From positions 270,196,001-270,260,000 of the forward strand of contig OZ360222.1 in assembly GCA_977017645.1 (NCBI GenBank): a stretch of DNA of 64,000 bases, read 5' to 3'. A program made the translations under genes and the position numbers. This document shows positions 62,301 through 64,000 of the stretch, piece after piece. Numbering within the stretch: position 1 is the stretch's first letter; every line of letters starts with the position of its first letter. This DNA comes from Torpedo marmorata. Its lineage: Eukaryota. The notes below the pieces were generated by a model. The model was not told the DNA's origin, did not search any database, and saw nothing but the letters and a program-made list of their open reading frames with translations.

Positions 62301-62713
62301 CCTGATGATAAATGTTATTGTATCTCACCCAACTTGCAAATGTCTGTAGTTCCATTCCCAGCACTTAACGCACTGCTGCTTAAACACATGCTTAACCTTT
62401 TCAAACATCTCTCCTTAATCTCCTTCTAATGCTTCAGTACACAGGAAGTAATTAAAATATACACAAATTCCTCTCAGACAGACTGTTTTCCTTGCAGGAG
62501 GTGTTGGGTCCATTCGCCTTCTTCCTGTTTTTTGGAAGTTGCACGTTTGCCTCACTCTTCATGTTTTACATCCTCCCCGAAACAAAAGGAAAAACACTTC
62601 TTCAAATCAACGAGGAGTTTAACAACTTAAACAAGGCAAAAAGTGGAATGTGTCCTGTTTTCTGCATGGGACCCGTCCCAGACCAGACAGTGGTTCTATC
62701 TACAAGACTGTGA
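5213..62713 (+). CDS. SLC2A11: Spliced gene: class II facilitative sugar transporter, GLUT11/SLC2A11B-like (11 coding exons; start exon uncertain)
   Basis: Exons 5213-5311, 17651-17811, 21476-21600, 25763-25892, 31766-31914, 48122-48309, 51714-51824, 55415-55516, 56840-56915, 60468-60595 and 62498-62713 join in one frame (1485 nt, 494 aa + TGA), all with GT-AG sites. Sugar-porter motifs: [14 protein letters not shown] sequon, GRK, GRFLYG, YLGExAPKELRG, [30 protein letters not shown]. Confidence 0.9.
5888..6159 (-). repeat. 3' LTR of Gypsy element 1
   Basis: About 3 differences from 10180-10451 by eye. Confidence 0.95.
6270..7829 (-). CDS. Gypsy pol: RNase H + integrase (retrotransposon ORF)
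   Basis: 519-aa ORF with ESDASD, HPGV..CRVC, DFKGP, HSDRG, ERENAT motifs. Confidence 0.85.
   Translation of the reverse strand: MHAVDESVPFQVESDASDFALAATLNQVGRPVGFFSRTLQGPEIRHSAVEKEAQAIVEAIQHWRLYLAGKHFTLLTDQSSVAFMFNNQQRGKIKNDKIMRWRIELSTYNYDILYRPGKLNEPSDALSRGSCASAQIDRLYSLHDDLCHPGVTRLFHFVKSRNLPYSLEEARTMISSCRVCAECKPQFYRPDKAQLVKATRPFERLSIDFKGPLPSTNHNVYFLNIIDEYSRFPFAIPCPDTSAASAIKALRQVFTLFGFPCYVHSDRGSAFMSEELRQYLQTRGIATSRTTGYNPRGNGQVERENATVWTATLLALKSKGWPVARWQEVLPDALHSIRSLLCTSTNTTPHERLFSFPRKSTTGTTLPAWLTSPGPVLLRKHLRSSKYEPLVERVQLTHANPQYAFVVFPDGREDTVSIRDLAPAGALEEVPDSGNAWSQLLPPPSPPPSTAGTTPQPELDEPQARQEATRTRTPPPSFHNHNYHHRPRRHRRSYVGRSGEPDRRIDSTCRCDGCGNPTM
7836..10194 (-). pseudogene. Gypsy gag-protease-RT, frameshifted with internal RT deletions
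   Basis: ORFs 9841..10194, 8686..9831, 7836..8816; RT jumps INRFTQL|IRREDRE, losing the first catalytic Asp segment. Confidence 0.85.
10180..10451 (-). repeat. 5' LTR of Gypsy element 1
   Basis: Direct repeat of 5888-6159. Confidence 0.95.
11407..11646 (-). mobile_element. tRNA-derived V-SINE (HE1-like)
   Basis: A/B boxes (TAGCGTAGCGG, GGTTCGAATCC), V-core TTCTCCCCGTGTCTG..GGTTCTCC, AT-rich tail. Confidence 0.85.
11815..12100 (-). mobile_element. CR1 3' end fragment
   Basis: [14 protein letters not shown] and catagaa-like microsatellite tail. Confidence 0.8.
12404..13840 (-). mobile_element. HE1-like SINE split by a CR1 insertion (SINE parts 12404-12582 and 13751-13840)
   Basis: SINE consensus ...GGGGAGAA|CG|TACAAA... 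is broken exactly at the CR1 boundaries. Confidence 0.8.
12583..13750 (-). mobile_element. 5'-truncated CR1 LINE (RT C-terminus)
   Basis: [30 protein letters not shown]; (aaacatag)n tail. Confidence 0.92.
13890..14625 (-). mobile_element. Penelope-like fragment with GIY-YIG remnant and short inverted terminal copy
   Basis: ORF 14283..14675 [30 protein letters not shown]; pseudo-LTR 13915-14010; inverted piece 14565-14622. Confidence 0.82.
15180..16273 (-). mobile_element. 5'-truncated CR1 LINE
   Basis: ORFs 15661..16152 and 15271..15645; (aacatag)n tail. Confidence 0.92.
16364..16870 (-). mobile_element. Tandem HE1-like SINEs (tail fragment + two copies, ~16397-16652 and ~16657-16870)
   Basis: Repeated SINE head/core sequences in the same orientation. 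Confidence 0.85.
17651..17811 (+). CDS. SLC2A11: GLUT11-like exon, glycosylated loop + TM2 ([10 protein letters not shown]...KYGR)
   Basis: ttccag acceptor, AG|gtagga donor, 161 nt, NET sequon, [13 protein letters not shown]. Confidence 0.93.
18020..18510 (+). mobile_element. CR1 3' fragments (two adjacent tails)
   Basis: [15 protein letters not shown]; second tail starts at ~18357. Confidence 0.78.
19078..21200 (+). mobile_element. Young 5'-truncated L1-clade LINE (ORF2 RT to C-terminus, 3' UTR, poly-A)
   Basis: Stop-free 617-aa ORF ([19 protein letters not shown]), G-rich 3' UTR tract, AATAAA + A tail, 16-bp TSD AAGATAGAAGATGATT (19062-19077, 21201-21216). Confidence 0.95.
21476..21600 (+). 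CDS. SLC2A11: GLUT11-like exon, TM3-TM4 (KKSLMCNN...[15 protein letters not shown])
   Basis: tttcag acceptor, G|gtaatg donor, 125 nt. Confidence 0.93.
21725..22180 (+). mobile_element. Penelope-like 3' UTR / pseudo-LTR, second subfamily
   Basis: Pyrimidine-rich UTR, CTCGATGAAGGG..GAAAC motif, CTGAGTTCCTCCAG terminus. Confidence 0.65.
22458..23240 (-). mobile_element. GC-rich non-coding retroposon, diverged copy
   Basis: Homologous to 39054-39919 and 58070-58917. Confidence 0.75.
23544..24394 (-). mobile_element. L1 3' fragment with 5' inversion
   Basis: Minus-strand 3' end 23544-~24028 ([22 protein letters not shown]-rich tail) joined to a plus-strand upstream segment ([19 protein letters not shown]); 12-bp TSD TCTTACTTTCTT. 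Confidence 0.85.
24585..24735 (-). mobile_element. Rex1/Babar LINE 3' fragment
   Basis: [24 protein letters not shown]. Confidence 0.75.
25763..25892 (+). CDS. SLC2A11: GLUT11-like exon, TM4-TM5 ([12 protein letters not shown])
   Basis: tcaaag acceptor, AG|gtaatc donor, 130 nt. Confidence 0.92.
27420..29450 (+). mobile_element. Degraded CR1 LINE ORF2
   Basis: ORF 27722..28513 and following frames; ctatgttcaatgttc tail. Confidence 0.92.
29815..30010. mobile_element. Inverted Penelope pseudo-LTR pair (palindromic mini-element)
   Basis: TGCTGGAGAAATTCAGCAGGTCC...GGACCTGCTGAGTTTCTCCAGCA arms. Confidence 0.75.
30405..30590 (+). mobile_element. CR1 3' tail fragment
   Basis: Matches 29270-29445. 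Confidence 0.7.
31766..31914 (+). CDS. SLC2A11: GLUT11-like exon, TM6 ([12 protein letters not shown])
   Basis: taccag acceptor, G|gtaagt donor, 149 nt. Confidence 0.94.
32561..35640 (-). mobile_element. Long CR1 LINE with near-complete ORF2 (APE endonuclease + RT), frameshifted
   Basis: [36 protein letters not shown] in consecutive ORFs; (aacataag)n tail. Confidence 0.95.
35716..35977 (+). mobile_element. Full-length HE1-like V-SINE
   Basis: tRNA head with A/B boxes, V core, CR1-like tail ending AAATTTAAAATTTAAAATT. Confidence 0.9.
36113..36347 (-). mobile_element. HE1-like V-SINE
   Basis: Reverse-complement copy of 35716-35977. Confidence 0.82.
36428..37703 (+). mobile_element. Rex1/Babar-clade LINE, 5'-truncated
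   Basis: [54 protein letters not shown]; tail TGACAATAAA(TTCTGA)n. Confidence 0.9.
38174..38526 (+). mobile_element. Solo LTR
   Basis: TGTCGCGGC...GCCGTTACA imperfect terminal inverted repeats, 4-bp TSD CTCT, CpG-rich 5' part, AATAAA at 38433-38438. Confidence 0.75.
39054..39919 (+). mobile_element. GC-rich non-coding retroposon (~0.87 kb) with YY1-like head and Rex-like tail
   Basis: Begins AAATGGCGGCG, ends TGACAATAAATTGAATCTTGAAT; close match to 58070-58917; internal 35-bp tandem duplication 39616-39684. Confidence 0.8.
41159..43662 (-). pseudogene. CsRn1-type pol (PR, deleted RT, RNase H, IN), frameshifted
   Basis: ORFs 42349..43710 and 41159..42559; RT jumps YPIPHIQ|AVEAFQ. Confidence 0.85.
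43635..44390 (-). CDS. CsRn1-type gag
   Basis: MQNAA..VHLPPFW..CHCC finger, within ORF 43635..44585. Confidence 0.8.
   Translation of the reverse strand: MQNAATAPVATAATNAVGVHLPPFWANQPKNWLHLAESQIQLRGIVSEDTKFWHVVSALDAATAAKVSSFVENPPMERKYEQFRRLLLDSLELSRHEHAVRILNMQGLDDRNPSELMHEMVALADGHTNCFLFEALFFSKLPVHVSSAILSMVAKEADRLFRTPQQSSIHAQPIYAVGASSSTQVPGLASPPGPPAVAVAQPQRHERSDKRSDYCFYHRRWGCNAWRCVPPCSYPNAKSSAATGNEQASRR
45842..46398 (-). mobile_element. Young L1 3' fragment inserted in ORF1 of the older L1
   Basis: Nearly identical to ~20649-21200; poly-A; TSD ACTTCAATTGGATTTT (45826-45841, 46399-46414). Confidence 0.93.
47528..47790 (+). mobile_element. HE1-like V-SINE
   Basis: B box GGTTCGAATCC, V core, AT-rich tail. 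Confidence 0.8.
48122..48309 (+). CDS. SLC2A11: GLUT11-like exon, cytoplasmic loop + TM7 (LQLSGINI)
   Basis: aaag acceptor, ATT|gtaagt donor, 188 nt; lies within ORF 48073..48399. Confidence 0.9.
48508..48726. mobile_element. pogo/Tigger-like MITE
   Basis: TA|CAGTAAAA...TTTTACTG|TA; shares ends with 59166-60191. Confidence 0.85.
49460..50697 (+). mobile_element. Degraded CR1 LINE with nested 5S-derived SINE
   Basis: [18 protein letters not shown]; CR1 resumes at ~50530. Confidence 0.85.
50328..50529 (-). mobile_element. 5S rRNA-derived SINE (SINE3-type)
   Basis: 50427-50528 resembles 5S rRNA (TCTGATCTCGGAAGCTAAGCAG..GTACTTGGA..GAGACC..GTGCTGTAGG); followed by a ~100-nt tail ending TGACAATAATGGAACCTTTACCTTTAC. 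Confidence 0.8.
51714..51824 (+). CDS. SLC2A11: GLUT11-like exon, TM7-TM8 (IYFYANDVY...[10 protein letters not shown])
   Basis: ttccag acceptor, TGC|gtaagt donor, 111 nt. Confidence 0.92.
52322..52497. mobile_element. Inverted Penelope pseudo-LTR mini-element
   Basis: ATGCTGGAGAAAC...GTTTCTCCAGCA arms around a hammerhead-like core. Confidence 0.7.
52737..53257 (+). mobile_element. Penelope-like 3' fragment inserted into the tail of a GC-rich retroposon copy (52681-53730, minus)
   Basis: GIY-YIG C-terminus [21 protein letters not shown], pseudo-LTR, 8-bp TSD TAAAAATG (52729-52736, 53258-53265). Confidence 0.85.
53122..53155 (+). ncRNA. Minimal hammerhead ribozyme motif (U3 variant)
   Basis: ACC-UUGAUGA-A-GGGC(UCAA)GCCC-GAAA-UG-UU-GGU. 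Confidence 0.6.
54110..54885 (-). mobile_element. Penelope-like 3' fragment (GIY-YIG + pseudo-LTR)
   Basis: ORF 54530..54787 [26 protein letters not shown]. Confidence 0.87.
54211..54244 (-). ncRNA. Minimal hammerhead ribozyme motif (U3 variant)
   Basis: ACC-UUGAUGA-A-GGGC(UCAG)GCCC-GAAA-CA-UU-GGU. Confidence 0.6.
55415..55516 (+). CDS. SLC2A11: GLUT11-like exon, TM9 ([12 protein letters not shown])
   Basis: gcacag acceptor, AAG|gtgagc donor, 102 nt. Confidence 0.93.
56302..56675 (-). mobile_element. Rex1/Babar LINE 3' fragment
   Basis: [20 protein letters not shown]; same (TTCTGA)n tail as 37680-37703. Confidence 0.85.
56840..56915 (+). CDS. SLC2A11: GLUT11-like exon, TM10 (WIPYCS...FGVGP)
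   Basis: tttcag acceptor, G|gtgggt donor, 76 nt. Confidence 0.92.
57138..57375 (-). mobile_element. HE1-like V-SINE
   Basis: Reverse-complement SINE copy. Confidence 0.82.
57675..57948 (+). mobile_element. CR1 3' fragment
   Basis: [23 protein letters not shown]. Confidence 0.8.
58070..58917 (-). mobile_element. GC-rich non-coding retroposon
   Basis: Reverse complement of 39054-39919; (TTGAATC)n tail. Confidence 0.8.
59166..60191. mobile_element. pogo/Tigger-like non-autonomous DNA transposon, probably with a nested MITE (~59309-59622)
   Basis: TA|CAGTAAA...TTTTACTG|TA; subterminal sequence shared with 48508-48726. Confidence 0.8.
60468..60595 (+). CDS. SLC2A11: GLUT11-like exon, TM10-TM11 ([11 protein letters not shown]...LVFPFVV)
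   Basis: ccccag acceptor, GTT|gtaagt donor, 128 nt. Confidence 0.92.
60783..61097. mobile_element. Inverted Penelope pseudo-LTR pair (subfamily 2) enclosing captured local DNA
   Basis: Arms 60820-60913 and 61011-61095 are reverse complements. Confidence 0.7.
61530..61727. mobile_element. Inverted Penelope pseudo-LTR pair
   Basis: GGAGGTAAAGATATAT..CCGA / TCGG..ATATATCTTTACCTCC arms. Confidence 0.8.
61623..61658 (-). ncRNA. Minimal type I hammerhead ribozyme motif (U3 variant)
   Basis: UACC-UUGAGGA-A-GGGC(UUAG)GCCC-GAAA-CG-UC-GGUA: stem I UACC/GGUA, stem II GGGC/GCCC, GUC cleavage triplet. Confidence 0.7.
62056..62302 (-). mobile_element. Full-length HE1-like V-SINE
   Basis: Reverse-complement copy with AT-rich tail. 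Confidence 0.87.
62498..62713 (+). CDS. SLC2A11: GLUT11-like terminal coding exon, TM12 + C-tail (LPETKGKT...STRL*)
   Basis: ttgcag acceptor, PETKG motif, TGA stop. Confidence 0.94.
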   Translation, partial: EVLGPFAFFLFFGSCTFASLFMFYILPETKGKTLLQINEEFNNLNKAKSGMCPVFCMGPVPDQTVVLSTRL

Positions 62714-62908
62714 CCAAATGCGAGGCGACTTCTGAATAATGGTAGCCCAAGGCTGCTCTACAGATGTCCCACACTCAGCGGCCACGTTGGCTAATCCTCA
62801 GATTTAGCTTGTTTCTTATCAGTGGCTAAACTCAGGAAAAGAGACTTCTTCAACATTACAGGTTAAATGACAGCTGAAAATCATTACTGTACTATCGTCA
62901 CCTGAACC

Positions 62909-62914
62909 AATAAA
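62909..62914 (+). terminator. Putative polyadenylation signal of the transporter gene
   Basis: First AATAAA, about 195 nt after the stop codon. Confidence 0.55.
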
Positions 62915-64000
62915 ATAACTCTTATTTACTTAAGCATGACCCACCTTTATCACGATACAATTGCTTTCATTGCTTCCTCCGTAATTGACCAATGGAAACA
63001 GTTGATTCGAAGGAACTGAAGCCAACGGTTCGAACTCCACTTTAGCAAGCCACCTTTCTGCGCATTTGGAGTCGAGACATGTTCACAGAAATAAGAGAGG
63101 ACTTTGATTCTGACACCTGCATGAACCATTCCTGATCATTGGACAGTTAGTGCCTTTGATTACAATCCAGGCAGTTAACGTCACAAAGCAAACCTCCAGT
63201 GTTGTTCACACTGCTGCTCGGAACCAACGTACACATTCCGCTGGAGTTTGACCTGCTGTTCAAACGTGGTGCAGAGGATAATTGAACCTCCCACCCCTTC
63301 CCTGAATGGGTAGGGTGGGGTACACCAAACATTGTGAACAGCTCACCTTCACAGGAATTCCTTTTTGGGAAGCTCCCTCGATAGGAGTTGGCAGAGGCCC
63401 AGGGGTAGGAAAGAAGGCAGAAGGCATCCAGAGAAGGGGTAGGAATTAAGAAGGTGGGGAGGGGGGTGGGTGGGGAGGCAGCAACTGGGAAAGTGGTATC
63501 AACCAGGTGTGGGAGAAGAGATCAGTAGAATGAGGGGCAGGGTTGGCAGAAGAAGAGAACAATAGATGGAGATGAAGAGTGGTGATTACAATGGAGAGCA
63601 TCAATGAAGAGAGGGAGGAGGAGTCAGGGTAATGTACACAGAGAAGAAGTAGAAAGCAGGATGATCGAATCAATGTGTACAAAATGGAGAGGATGGTGTG
63701 TGCAGTGGGATCGTGTCAAAGAGAGAAATAGGCTGTAAGAAGGGAAGGAACCATGAGCACGTTGGACAGTTAGGATGAAGGGATTGGTAAATACACTAAA
63801 GTGCTGGAGAGTCTCAGCAGGTCCCACAGCGTTAATAGGAGGCAGAGATATATCACTGATGTTTCAGGCCTGAGCCCTTGACGAAGGACAGTTATTCAGC
63901 AGATAGCTAAGTGCTGGGAGAGAGAGAGGATCAACAATTAGAATACAGGCGAGGAAGATGAGAGCAGAGAAGGAAGGAGGGCAATGTGCCGGGAAAGAAC

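Noticed and set aside
5312-62497. Antisense orientation bias of intronic LINEs
   Set aside because: CR1 copies occur about equally on both strands; no bias is supportable from this window.

Overview
Vertebrate genomic DNA, most likely from a cartilaginous fish: it carries HE1/V-type tRNA SINEs, abundant CR1 LINEs and Penelope-type repeats. One host gene spans the window on the + strand, an intact class II facilitative sugar transporter (SLC2A11/SLC2A11B-like). It has 11 coding exons from 5213 to 62713, all GT-AG and phase-compatible, giving 494 aa plus stop, with a tentative ATG exon at 2774-2806. The introns are filled with nested transposons: CR1, L1, Rex1/Babar, two Gypsy proviruses, a solo LTR, Penelope-like fragments, SINEs and pogo/Tigger-like MITEs. 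Main signals: (1) a Mag-like Gypsy with no tRNA primer-binding site, whose R-U5-leader folds into a Tf1-like self-priming hairpin; (2) many minimal hammerhead ribozyme motifs with a non-canonical U3 core and stem covariation in Penelope termini; (3) a YY1/ETS motif array inside Gypsy gag; (4) a twin-primed, 5'-inverted L1; (5) a 5S-headed SINE and a GC-rich ~0.85 kb retroposon sharing a Rex1/Babar-like tail; (6) a -1 frameshift signal in a CsRn1-type Gypsy. All alignments and folds were done by eye.
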